The position numbers were made by a program, and so were the translations under genes. From NCBI GenBank assembly GCA_028279595.1, contig JANQNK010000003.1, positions 1 through 64,000 of the forward strand: a stretch of DNA of 64,000 nt, in the 5' to 3' direction. This DNA is from Thermoplasmatota archaeon (GTDB lineage Archaea; Thermoplasmatota; JAKEGO01). The notes below the pieces were generated by a model, which was not told where the DNA came from, did no database searches, and worked only from the letters and a program-made list of their open reading frames with translations. This document shows, piece by piece, positions 33,350 to 42,227 of the stretch (position 1 is its first letter; every line of letters starts with the position of its first letter).

Positions 33350-33424
33350 TGCTCCCGACGGGATTCGAACCCGTGTCCCCAGCTCGAAAGGCTGGAATGA
33401 TTGGCCGGGCTACACTACGGGAGC
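33350..33424 (-). tRNA. tRNA-Glu (anticodon TTC), CCA not encoded
   Basis: Reverse complement GCTCCCG TAGTGTAGCCCGGCCAATCAT T CCAGC CT TTC GA GCTGG GGAC ACGGG TTCGAAT CCCGT CGGGAGC A folds as a cloverleaf. TATA box TTTATATA at 33451-33458 on the minus strand. Confidence 0.97.
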
Positions 33425-33524
33425 ACGTCGGGGGACACATTCACCAGCCGTATATAAACGTTTTAGATGTACAGAACACACGAAATCCTTAAATCGCCTA
33501 CGGGATATCGCCCAATCCCATTGT

Positions 33525-33611
33525 GTGGGGATAGCCAAGCCTGGTATGGCGATAGCCTGCTAAGCTATTGGCGGTTACGCCTCGGGGGTTCAAATCCCCC
33601 TCCCCACGCCA
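33525..33611 (+). tRNA. tRNA-Ser (anticodon GCT), long variable arm, CCA encoded
   Basis: Acceptor GTGGGGA/TCCCCAC. Anticodon arm ATAGC CT GCT AA GCTAT. Variable arm GGCG GTTA CGCC. T arm GGGGG TTCAAAT CCCCC. Ends in G CCA. Confidence 0.97.
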
Positions 33612-33769
33612 TTTATCAGTAATCTATTCCGAAGGCGTGGGGAGTTGGGTCTCGAACCCCGGAATGGGCGGGGTTGTTTCGAAATTGATAGCAGTATTCT
33701 CAAACCAATTTCGAAACCCAGGTGGCGCGTAGCGTCACCATGGCAAATCCCCCTCCCCACGCCATTTAT
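33612..33769 (+). repeat. tRNA-Ser-derived 153-bp element bounded by a 26-bp direct repeat of the tRNA 3' end
   Basis: CAAATCCCCCTCCCCACGCCATTTAT at 33591-33616 and 33744-33769. Inverted copy GGCGTGGGGAG..GAACCCC at 33634-33660. Internal hairpins at 33671-33719 and 33721-33739. Confidence 0.85.
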
Positions 33770-33817
33770 AATAATATTCAGAAAACGGTTAAGTAAACTC
33801 CTGTATCTACCGAAGCG

Positions 33818-34837
33818 ATGGACCTTGTGTTCCTTTCGGTATCGGTCGGTTTCCTTGCGTTCCTTCTCTACCTCTCGGCATGGTTCGCGGGGTCCGAGAC
33901 GGCATTGACCCATCTCACGGTCGGACAGGTCGCAGAGATGAAGAGGGACCGGGTCAAAGGCTACAGGTACATCGAATGGCTGAAGCTCGAGATGGACAGG
34001 AGCATCATCGCTATCCTGATCGGTAACAACATCGTGAACATTCTGATGTCTGTGGTGGCTGCCCTGATCGCTGACTCACTGTTCTCCACTGTCGGCGTAA
34101 CCATAGCGGTCGGCGTCATAACTTTCCTCATCATCGTCGTCGCGGACATCACACCGAAGTCGATAGCGATACTGGACACTGACAGGATAGTCCGGAGGAA
34201 TGCACGGAGCATCTACTTCATGGTGAGAGCGTTGGGGCCTTTGGTGACCGTCTTCTCGCGATTGTCGATGGGGCTCATCCGGCTTCGCGGGCACAAACCT
34301 CGCAGGAAGAACCTCGTCGTCTCCGAGGAGAGGATAATGGCCCTAGCCACCCTGAGCGAGGAGGAGGGCGTCATCAAGGAGATCGAGAGGGAGATAATCC
34401 ACAAGGTGTTCAAGTTCGGGGACAAGCGCGTCGCGGAGGTCATGGTACCGATCTCCGACGTCTTCAGCATCCCGTCCGGAACATCGCTCGAGGATTCTGC
34501 GATCAAGGTCTCGGAGAGCGGCTTCACCCGGGTTCCGGTGGTCAAGGACGGCCGCATCGAGGGGATCCTCTACGGAAAGGACCTCCTTGTGGCGGATAGC
34601 CAAACCGCCGACGACCTCGCAAGGGAGCCGATGACCGTCGGTGCTGCCGACGAGATAACCGATGTCTTCGACAGGATGAGATCGAGTCACGTGCACCTGG
34701 CCGTCGTGATCGGCAAGGCCGGTGCACAGGTGGGGATAATCACCATGGAGGACATCATCGAGGAGCTTGTCGGCGAGATCGAGGACGAGTTCTCCGAAGT
34801 TCAGAGCGGGAAGACCCCTGCACGAACCGGACAATAA
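33818..34837 (+). CDS. CNNM/CorB-type (DUF21 plus CBS pair) Mg2+/Co2+ transport or hemolysin-family protein
   Basis: FAGSETAL, ILIGNNIVNI, DITPKSIA, GFTRVPV, GIITMEDIIEELVGEIEDE. Confidence 0.92.
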   Translation: MDLVFLSVSVGFLAFLLYLSAWFAGSETALTHLTVGQVAEMKRDRVKGYRYIEWLKLEMDRSIIAILIGNNIVNILMSVVAALIADSLFSTVGVTIAVGVITFLIIVVADITPKSIAILDTDRIVRRNARSIYFMVRALGPLVTVFSRLSMGLIRLRGHKPRRKNLVVSEERIMALATLSEEEGVIKEIEREIIHKVFKFGDKRVAEVMVPISDVFSIPSGTSLEDSAIKVSESGFTRVPVVKDGRIEGILYGKDLLVADSQTADDLAREPMTVGAADEITDVFDRMRSSHVHLAVVIGKAGAQVGIITMEDIIEELVGEIEDEFSEVQSGKTPARTGQ

Positions 34838-34946
34838 GGATCATCATCCGCTTGATGTGGAGGGAACTCCCAATAGGTCCCTCAAGCCATTTCTCAACAC
34901 AAACGATTATTTCCCAATGGTCCCTTAGGGAAGATGGAGGCCTCGA

Positions 34947-36098
34947 ATGGGACGAAGGTACGCCATTATCGGAGCGGGAAGGATCGGCATCGCTGCAGCA
35001 TACGATCTTGCCATCAACGGGAATGCGGATGAAGTATCATTCATCGATCAGAACGTACAGATGGCCAGCGACGCCGCTGAACGTCTGAACAGGCTCTTGG
35101 ACAGGGACGTCGGACAGATGGTGAAGATCGACGTCGAGGACATCACGAAGTTGAGGGGCGTTCTCCGCGGTGTGGATGCCATCGTCTCTGCTGTCCCATA
35201 TCATCTGAACATGACGGTACAGCGGGCGGCCATCGATGTTGGGGCGCACATGTCAGACCTCGGAGGAAACACCGGCATCGTGCGGGCACAACTGGCCCAG
35301 TCCGGGGAAGCCAAGGATGCCGGCGTGACGATCGTTCCCGATTGCGGCATGGGACCGGGAATGAACGTATCTCTCGCCATGCTCTCCACGACCCACGTCG
35401 AGAAGCCTGAGATTGTCCAGATCTGGGACGGCGGCCTGCCCCAGGATCCTGTTCCCCCATGGAACTATGAACTCACGTTCAACGTCGGCGGACTGACCAA
35501 CGAGTACTACGGAAGCGCTACCTTCCTGAAGGACGGAAAGGTGACCAACGTACCTGCATTAAGCGGTTACGAGGTCGTGGACATCCTGCCGCTCGGAGAA
35601 CTCGAGGCCTTCGTGACCAGCGGCGGCCTGTCGACCATGCCCTGGACCATGGAGGGACGGCTCCAGCGACTGGAGAACCGGACCCTTAGATACCTCGGTC
35701 ACCACGAGCGGATGGTCGCCTACGAACAGCTCGGCATGCTGGAGCTTGAGCCTGTCGAGGTAGGAGATCTTGAGATCGTTCCGAGGGACGTCTTCCACTC
35801 ACTTCTGGAGCCGAGGGTCACCCGACCCGACACGAGGGACATCTGTTTGATCAAGGTGTTTTGCCAGGGGAAGTCGAGTGAGGCCACGATCACACTGGTG
35901 GATCGCTACGACGAAGCCACGGGATTCACCGCAATGCAACGTCTTACGGGATGGCATGCCTCACTTGTCGCCCTCATGGCCGTCGACGGGAGGATCGATC
36001 GGGGTGCCGTATCGGTGGAGAATGTTGATCCTGAGGGAGTTCTGAAGGAGGCAAGGGACAGGGGATTCCAGATCGACATCGTAGTTGAGGACACCTGA
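34947..36098 (+). CDS. Saccharopine dehydrogenase family protein (lysine 6-dehydrogenase-like)
   Basis: IIGAGRIG, DLGG, DCGMGPG, GGLPQDP, GLTNEY, AMQRLTG. Confidence 0.85.
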   Translation: MGRRYAIIGAGRIGIAAAYDLAINGNADEVSFIDQNVQMASDAAERLNRLLDRDVGQMVKIDVEDITKLRGVLRGVDAIVSAVPYHLNMTVQRAAIDVGAHMSDLGGNTGIVRAQLAQSGEAKDAGVTIVPDCGMGPGMNVSLAMLSTTHVEKPEIVQIWDGGLPQDPVPPWNYELTFNVGGLTNEYYGSATFLKDGKVTNVPALSGYEVVDILPLGELEAFVTSGGLSTMPWTMEGRLQRLENRTLRYLGHHERMVAYEQLGMLELEPVEVGDLEIVPRDVFHSLLEPRVTRPDTRDICLIKVFCQGKSSEATITLVDRYDEATGFTAMQRLTGWHASLVALMAVDGRIDRGAVSVENVDPEGVLKEARDRGFQIDIVVEDT

Positions 36099-36194
36099 GC
36101 CGGCGGCGAATGGAATAACACAACGCCTCCCTACGCCTACTCTACAATGCCAGTTATCTTAACGAATGTGATGACTTGCTCAGACCTTAACATA

Positions 36195-36749
36195 TCATTT
36201 TGTAACAGCGTCCCACAGGACGTCGAAACTATCTTCCAATTCCTTTTCATTGATCTTCTTTCGTTTAGAAAATTCCATTATGAAGACCTGATGCAGTGTA
36301 AACAGAATATTACCGAACATTTCATACGAATATTCTTTCAGGGTACCCTTCTTCATTTCCTCTTCATATGCAACCCGATATTTCTTCAGCATTGCTGCAG
36401 ATGCCAATTGGCTCTCCTTTGAGATGTATTTGGAATTCAGAAAGAGGGTAAAGAAGAGGTTGTAATCCATATTCTTCAAGGACCACTTGGTATATCCTAT
36501 CCAGAATTTCTTCAGTTTCAATTCAAAATCATCTTCTTCAACGTAATATGAGTTCATATCTTCGAGCATATCATTTTTAATGTGCATATACGCTGCATTC
36601 ATCAGGGCTTCCTTTGTCTTATAATGGTAGAATAGCGTTCCTGAGGCTACGCCCGATTCTCTGGTGATTTGAGCTGTGGGGGTGTTCTCGAATCCTTGTT
36701 CGACGAATAGTCTGATCGCGGTTTCCAGGATTTTCTGTTTATTATTCAT
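36195..36749 (-). CDS. TetR/AcrR family transcriptional regulator
   Basis: ILETAIRLFVEQGFENT..I..ESGVASGTLFYHYKTKEAL. Very AT-rich. Confidence 0.92.
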   Translation of the reverse strand: MNNKQKILETAIRLFVEQGFENTPTAQITRESGVASGTLFYHYKTKEALMNAAYMHIKNDMLEDMNSYYVEEDDFELKLKKFWIGYTKWSLKNMDYNLFFTLFLNSKYISKESQLASAAMLKKYRVAYEEEMKKGTLKEYSYEMFGNILFTLHQVFIMEFSKRKKINEKELEDSFDVLWDAVTK

Positions 36750-36785
36750 TCAAGCACTTCAACGATTATCATTGATGTATTCCGT

Positions 36786-37682
36786 TTACTTCATATACTT
36801 ATCGAACCAGCCAAGAATGGGTTTTGGATTGGTACCAATCCAGTCGTAAGCAGCCATTCGGTTGAAGTTGGCATTCTTCAACTTGGGAATCTCTATCCAG
36901 AGCATTTTCTTCTCTACCTTCAGGTCATTGTAATATGTGTTAACAAATTTCTCATCAAGGTAGCCATCGTTCTTGTTCTGAATTACTAATGTTGGAATAT
37001 TGATCGTCTTCACATTATGCATAAATGTATTTGTCGAGTAATCGATCCCTGTTCGGTTTTTGATCTTTTTATTAACACTTTTAATAAATAATTTAGGCAA
37101 TGCCCCAGCTTGAATGAACGTCTGATAATCCAGGGGTTGGACAGATACCATGGCTTTCAGATTCTTGTACTCCCTCAAGCCATCTTCATCCCCGAAAGCA
37201 TTGGTGGATGCAGCCTGTCCCATACAGATGCTAAATAACCCGATCTTGGCATTTTCATATTCCTTATGGTTCGATATGAATTTTACAGCGGCGATGATAT
37301 CTTTCCTTTCTTCAAGACCCCAGGTGACCCAGGGAATGGTCCCCAAACCACTATTCCCGTGTGCTCTGAAATCATACATTAGAACGGAATATCCAGAATC
37401 ATTGAGGTATTTCGCCTGTCTTAGGAAATGTACATCCTTGTGGTATCCTTTAACCATTCCCTTTCCCTCAAGCGTATAACCTGATCTGCTGCATTGAATC
37501 CCGAAATGAGATTGTATTATTACTTTATCCTTGGCGCCTTTGATCAACCATCCTGAAAGTTTTACGCCATCCGAAGTATCAAATTTGACGTTCTCATAAT
37601 CAAGACCATACTCCTTTGGATCATCGAACACTTGACCCTGATAAGGTTTAATCATCGCATCTGTCAGTAAATTCGCAATCAT
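36786..37682 (-). CDS. Alpha/beta hydrolase with Cys at the nucleophile elbow
   Basis: DGVKLSGW, GYSVLMYDFRAHGNS, elbow IGLFSICMG, IPTLVIQ..D. Confidence 0.8.
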   Translation of the reverse strand: MIANLLTDAMIKPYQGQVFDDPKEYGLDYENVKFDTSDGVKLSGWLIKGAKDKVIIQSHFGIQCSRSGYTLEGKGMVKGYHKDVHFLRQAKYLNDSGYSVLMYDFRAHGNSGLGTIPWVTWGLEERKDIIAAVKFISNHKEYENAKIGLFSICMGQAASTNAFGDEDGLREYKNLKAMVSVQPLDYQTFIQAGALPKLFIKSVNKKIKNRTGIDYSTNTFMHNVKTINIPTLVIQNKNDGYLDEKFVNTYYNDLKVEKKMLWIEIPKLKNANFNRMAAYDWIGTNPKPILGWFDKYMK

Positions 37683-37713
37683 TTATTCACTTCCTGGAAT
37701 CACATCTACAACT

Positions 37714-37740
37714 TAACTGAGTACTCAGTCAGTATTTAAA
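37714..37740 (-). promoter_or_regulatory. TetR operator (TAACTGAGTACTCAGTCA) next to a TATA box (TTTAAATA on minus strand)
   Basis: Perfect palindrome ACTGAGTACTCAGT at 37716-37729. Matches the operators at 41.1 and 45.0 kb. Confidence 0.75.
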
Positions 37741-37872
37741 CTTTATCCATAACTCCTGCACTTTCTACGTTGAGAACTGTAGTAATTTACCTCGCACGGT
37801 ATATAGTCCGATAGAACCGAGCTGAAGTCCCCACACTCTATACCAGTTTCATTGATTCATGGTGCAGTTCGA

Positions 37873-38439
37873 TCACTTCTTGATCATATCCCACAAGGTA
37901 GGGAAGAACTTCTCAATCACCTTCGGGTCCTTGAGCTTCCTTGACGATAGGTAGAGTATGGTAAAATTGACGTGTGACATTATCGCCTCCGATAGATAAT
38001 CCATCGGGAGGTCCTTGATGAGTCCCTCGTCGACAGACCTTTGATAAATGTCTCCCATAAGGTCAAATTCCGCAGAGAATTCATCCATTGTGAGCTTGGT
38101 GATATATGGCGATGACTTATACATCGCTAGAAATTTCATCTGATTCGGATTCTTTATCCCCCAGGCGATGCCGATATCCCAGAATGTTTTCACAGCCTCC
38201 TCGTTCAACAAGGAATCCTCGGTCAATTGCGGGAAAATGCCCATGAACTCCTGCTTCGTCCCGAGGTAGAGTTCATTGATCAGTGCCTCCTTGTTCTCGA
38301 AGTAGGAGAAGAGTGTCCCAGTACCGACGCCAGCGTCCTTTGTGATACTGGTTGTGGACGTATTGTCGAATCCTCTTGTCACGAAGAGCTTCAGTGCGCT
38401 CCTCATGATGGCATCCCTCTTATTCATCTTTTCACTCAT
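37873..38439 (-). CDS. TetR/AcrR family transcriptional regulator
   Basis: AIMRSALKLF..RGFDNTST..I.KDAGVGTGTLFSYF..KEAL. Close paralogue of 43492..44058. Confidence 0.93.
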   Translation of the reverse strand: MSEKMNKRDAIMRSALKLFVTRGFDNTSTTSITKDAGVGTGTLFSYFENKEALINELYLGTKQEFMGIFPQLTEDSLLNEEAVKTFWDIGIAWGIKNPNQMKFLAMYKSSPYITKLTMDEFSAEFDLMGDIYQRSVDEGLIKDLPMDYLSEAIMSHVNFTILYLSSRKLKDPKVIEKFFPTLWDMIKK

Positions 38440-38452
38440 TGTACCACTTAAC

Positions 38453-41068
38453 TCACTTATTGTATTTTTTTCTATTGCCCGACCTCTGCCTTCGAGATGA
38501 GGATCGAGTCCTAGCGATTTTCTTGCGAGCTAGCGGATGGATACGACGTCCCTTCGCAGTAGTCCTAGCCCATACGACCAGTATGCTTGGCTGTATGAAC
38601 ACCGAGGCCAGTAACGAATAGAGGATCATAAGAGCGGTCAGAGTGCCGAACTGCTGCATCATTCCCTGCGGGGATAGCGCAAGGATGCCAAAGCCTACCA
38701 TCGTGGTCACAGCTGCGCCGAAGAGTGCTGTGCCGGTGTGGCTAACTGTAGTGATCACAGCCTTCTCTATTCTACCATGGTCCTCGAGCTCTTCCGTGAA
38801 TCGGTGGGTAACATGAATTGCATAGGTCACTCCGAGACCGATGCTGAGTGATCCGATGAGAAGCGTCATTACATTCAGAGATATGTCGAGGAGGAACATG
38901 GTGCCATGGATCCATATGAGTACTAAAATGACCGGGAGTGTGGTGATGATCCCCAAGCTCTTCGATTTTACCGAGTTCCAGAATACCAGGGAAAGTACTA
39001 CAGAGGAAACGACCACAGTGATAATGATCGATGTCAGCATAGAATCATTGATCGCTCCGAGAACGAGGTTCATTATCACTGGTTCTCCAGTAAGTATCAC
39101 CCTGTTCACGGTACTCTTCGACTCGAGTCTCTCCAAGGGCGCGGCGTCATCTTCAATGTACGAGATTATTTCATCGGTCTTGGAATGTCCCTGTGAGTCT
39201 ACCCTGATCCGGATCAAGGCGACAGTATATTTTCCGCTATCTTCATCGAAGTACAGGACATTGTCGAGTTCTCCTGGGTGGTTCTCTGTGATGTACTCGA
39301 ATAGAACGCTAACATTCGAATCCGGAACATTGTCATCATCAAGATCCTCTGCTCGATACATGGCCTCGAAATCGGGATCGTAGAGGTCCCCATCGGATAC
39401 GGTGGACACGTTGGCGAGGTCTCTCATGACCGTAAGCGGGGATTCCACACCATTCCCACCTTGAAAGAGTATTATCTCTCTATCATCGTTCTCGATGTTC
39501 GTATGTGTGGCATCCATGGCCTCGAGCACCTCCGTGGTTGCTACGTTTTCACCTTCGACATAGATGATCACGGATTCCTCGGAGAAGTCGAACTCGGTCT
39601 GCATGTACTCGAACTCGTCTCTGACCTCGCTACCCTCAGGCAATCCTGCCTCGACGAAATTGAATGTTGTGGATACCATAGTTGCCAATACCAGCAATAT
39701 CAGGGTTATTGCAGTCGCTGCCGTCAGTGTCCATTTGGGATGGGATCCCGCAATCTTCCCCCCAAAACCCATTGCTTTCGTAAATCCAACCGAGATCGGA
39801 TTTCTGGTACCGATACCGGAAGCCCTGTCCTTGTTAGACGGTGAGAGGAGATCTTTCCCCTTCTTAACTCTGTATGTGTCAATAAGAACCCTACAGGCTG
39901 GAACGAAGGTGACGAACACGATATAGGCCGCTAGGATACCTACTGCGACCGTGATCCCGAACTCGCGGATTGGACCTATATCGGATGTTCCGTTCGATAG
40001 GAAACCGATCATACTGGTGAAGGCAGCGAGGAGGAGGGCTGCTCCGGCGGAGACAATGGAGATATCCGCAGCCTTTCTCACTGTATCACCTTGGGCGATC
40101 CGTTCCCTGTATCTCATAGTAAGATGTATGCTGTAGTCCACCCCAAGTCCGATCAGCAAGATGGGGACTATGGTGGCAGCCTCGGATGTGTAACCCATGT
40201 ATATCATGAAGCCTTGGATCCATATCAGAGAGAAAACCAGAGCGAGCAGGCCTATCATCAGATCGCTTATCGTGCGGAACGTGATCCATAGAACGACGAT
40301 GATCATTCCAAATGCAATGGGGAACAAGGTGTTCATGGTATAATCCCAACCCTCTTCCATCGTATCGTTGATCTTCGTGTTCGTGAGCGCGAATGGCCGA
40401 ACGGAGGAATATTTCCTCTCGGAGACCACCTTGTCAATTCTCCGCTCGATGCGCTCGATCCTATCATCTCGATCTTCAGATGTCTCACCAGGCAATATTG
40501 TCTTATCAACAGTGACCATCATGAGTGCAGAACGATATTGGCCACCATTTTCTGAGGATGTCAGAATATGAATTAATGCTCCAAGGTCAGGGATCTCCAG
40601 AGAATCGTTGAATACGCTCCTCAATTCGCTGTTGGTCATATTTCCGTATGATGAGACCAGTGATGAATGGTTCCCAGCTTCAGGAAACGCTAGAGGTGCG
40701 AGGAGTCGGGGAAGGCTGATGATCCCATCCTGGGAAAGGTTTCCAGATATGACGTCATCCTCTCTCAATGAAGATTCTAGCTCGAGCATACCGATGAAAC
40801 AATCAGTCGAAATGATGTCCAGATCCTTATCGGGGGAATTCTCGTGAACCAATACAATGACGTTGTGGCTCTGGCTGAATTTCTCATCGATATCATCCCT
40901 CGCGTCAACCGCCTCATCCCCAGGTATCCATGCATCTTCACCCTGCAAGTCGGCGGCGGGAACGGTCAAGATGATACCCATCATTATCATCGTGACCAGT
41001 ACTACGGCCCCGATCGTCAATTCTGGTCTTCCTGTGACCATCTTGCTGACGTTTTTCAATATCTTCAT
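38453..41068 (-). CDS. RND superfamily (MMPL/HAE3-like) transporter
   Basis: Two-fold repeated TM architecture. LIGLGVDYSIHL..RY and IGLGVTYAIHV.HRF motifs. Confidence 0.92.
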   Translation of the reverse strand: MKILKNVSKMVTGRPELTIGAVVLVTMIMMGIILTVPAADLQGEDAWIPGDEAVDARDDIDEKFSQSHNVIVLVHENSPDKDLDIISTDCFIGMLELESSLREDDVISGNLSQDGIISLPRLLAPLAFPEAGNHSSLVSSYGNMTNSELRSVFNDSLEIPDLGALIHILTSSENGGQYRSALMMVTVDKTILPGETSEDRDDRIERIERRIDKVVSERKYSSVRPFALTNTKINDTMEEGWDYTMNTLFPIAFGMIIVVLWITFRTISDLMIGLLALVFSLIWIQGFMIYMGYTSEAATIVPILLIGLGVDYSIHLTMRYRERIAQGDTVRKAADISIVSAGAALLLAAFTSMIGFLSNGTSDIGPIREFGITVAVGILAAYIVFVTFVPACRVLIDTYRVKKGKDLLSPSNKDRASGIGTRNPISVGFTKAMGFGGKIAGSHPKWTLTAATAITLILLVLATMVSTTFNFVEAGLPEGSEVRDEFEYMQTEFDFSEESVIIYVEGENVATTEVLEAMDATHTNIENDDREIILFQGGNGVESPLTVMRDLANVSTVSDGDLYDPDFEAMYRAEDLDDDNVPDSNVSVLFEYITENHPGELDNVLYFDEDSGKYTVALIRIRVDSQGHSKTDEIISYIEDDAAPLERLESKSTVNRVILTGEPVIMNLVLGAINDSMLTSIIITVVVSSVVLSLVFWNSVKSKSLGIITTLPVILVLIWIHGTMFLLDISLNVMTLLIGSLSIGLGVTYAIHVTHRFTEELEDHGRIEKAVITTVSHTGTALFGAAVTTMVGFGILALSPQGMMQQFGTLTALMILYSLLASVFIQPSILVVWARTTAKGRRIHPLARKKIARTRSSSRRQRSGNRKKYNK

Positions 41069-41104
41069 TCAGATCACCACGGTGACTGTTATTCATATCC
41101 ATTT

Positions 41105-41166
41105 CGAGTGACTAATCACTCAATAACATTGGGAGTATATATAATTATTGATTGAGCAGTCACTCA
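41105..41166 (-). promoter_or_regulatory. Paired TetR operators flanking a TATA box
   Basis: CGAGTGACTAATCACTCA (41105-41122) and TGATTGAGCAGTCACTCA (41149-41166), with GTATATATAA between them. Confidence 0.8.
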
Positions 41167-41234
41167 ATAATTCGGGTCGTATCAAATCTGATGAATGATC
41201 TCAGCGATGTCCATTCGATCCAACGGGTCTTGCT

Positions 41235-42227
41235 CTATGGGACGTTGAGCCTTTCCAATCCGACTATACCATAACTGGAATCGACCAGTTTGTTTGCCTT
41301 TTCAATATCCCGGGCATTTGGATTGGGGGATTCCATCGGCCAACCGCCTTTCTTACATTGCTTGTCCCTGTAGAGCACACTCTGTTGGCTGAAATAGGCT
41401 CCCGAATGCCTCGGTGCGTCATCAGAGAGCAGACAGTGAAGTGACGTCTGAGCGGACTCCTCGTTGCTGTTGGTCCAGAAGGGATAGATCGGTGCCATCA
41501 GCACCCTCATGATCGTCATCAACAGACCTTTGCCACCGAAGTTCGACCTCGCCCAACCCGGATGTACGGAAGCCGTTGTTACACCGGTACCCTCGAGCCG
41601 ATTGGCAAGTTCTAAAGCGTATAATACATTCGCGACCTTTGCCTCTCCATAAGCCGCGAAGTTTTTGAATTTCCTTGATTGATAGTTCAGGTCTTCAAGG
41701 TGGACATCATGCCTGTTCTTTGGGCTGCCTGCATGAACGACGGACGAAAGAATTACTATCCTCGAAGGAGCGCTCTTCTTCAATACATCAAGCAGCAGTT
41801 CCGTCAACAGGAAATGGCCGAAATAGCTGACCCCTATGGTCATCTCTAGGTCATCCTTCGTACGCTGGATCTCCCGACCCATCGTCACAAGCCCTGCATT
41901 GCATGCTAGACCGTCCAGTCTGTCATATTTCTTCAAGAATTCAGCGACGAAATCCCTCACCGATTGGAGGTCGGCAAGATCTATCCTCATCACATCATAA
42001 CTCCCTTTCAGTCCCTTGAAGCTCTTGGCCACCTCCTCTCCCGCTTCCGTTCTCCTACATGCCATGACCACATGTCCACCCTGCTTCACAAGCTGTCTTG
42101 TCGTCTCAAGACCTACTCCCGAATTGGCCCCGGTTACGATGTACACCTTTCCGCTCATATCTTTAGCGAGGGTCTTCTCATCGACCCATATGACATCCTT
42201 TCTACCCATTCTCATCACCACTTTCAT
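41235..42227 (-). CDS. SDR family oxidoreductase (retinol-dehydrogenase-like)
   Basis: VTGANSGVG, CNAG, YGEAK, SVHPG. The true start may be 42215 or 42209. Confidence 0.9.
   Translation of the reverse strand: MKVVMRMGRKDVIWVDEKTLAKDMSGKVYIVTGANSGVGLETTRQLVKQGGHVVMACRRTEAGEEVAKSFKGLKGSYDVMRIDLADLQSVRDFVAEFLKKYDRLDGLACNAGLVTMGREIQRTKDDLEMTIGVSYFGHFLLTELLLDVLKKSAPSRIVILSSVVHAGSPKNRHDVHLEDLNYQSRKFKNFAAYGEAKVANVLYALELANRLEGTGVTTASVHPGWARSNFGGKGLLMTIMRVLMAPIYPFWTNSNEESAQTSLHCLLSDDAPRHSGAYFSQQSVLYRDKQCKKGGWPMESPNPNARDIEKANKLVDSSYGIVGLERLNVP

Noticed and set aside
33054-33366. CRISPR array
   Set aside because: Only two units, the repeats derive from the tRNA-Glu 3' end, the period is 201 bp, and there are no cas genes in the window.
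36139-37848. Direct repeats bounding the AT-rich hydrolase-TetR unit (ACTCTACAATGCCAGTT and ACTCTATACCAGTT)
   Set aside because: Short and gapped, so it could easily be chance.
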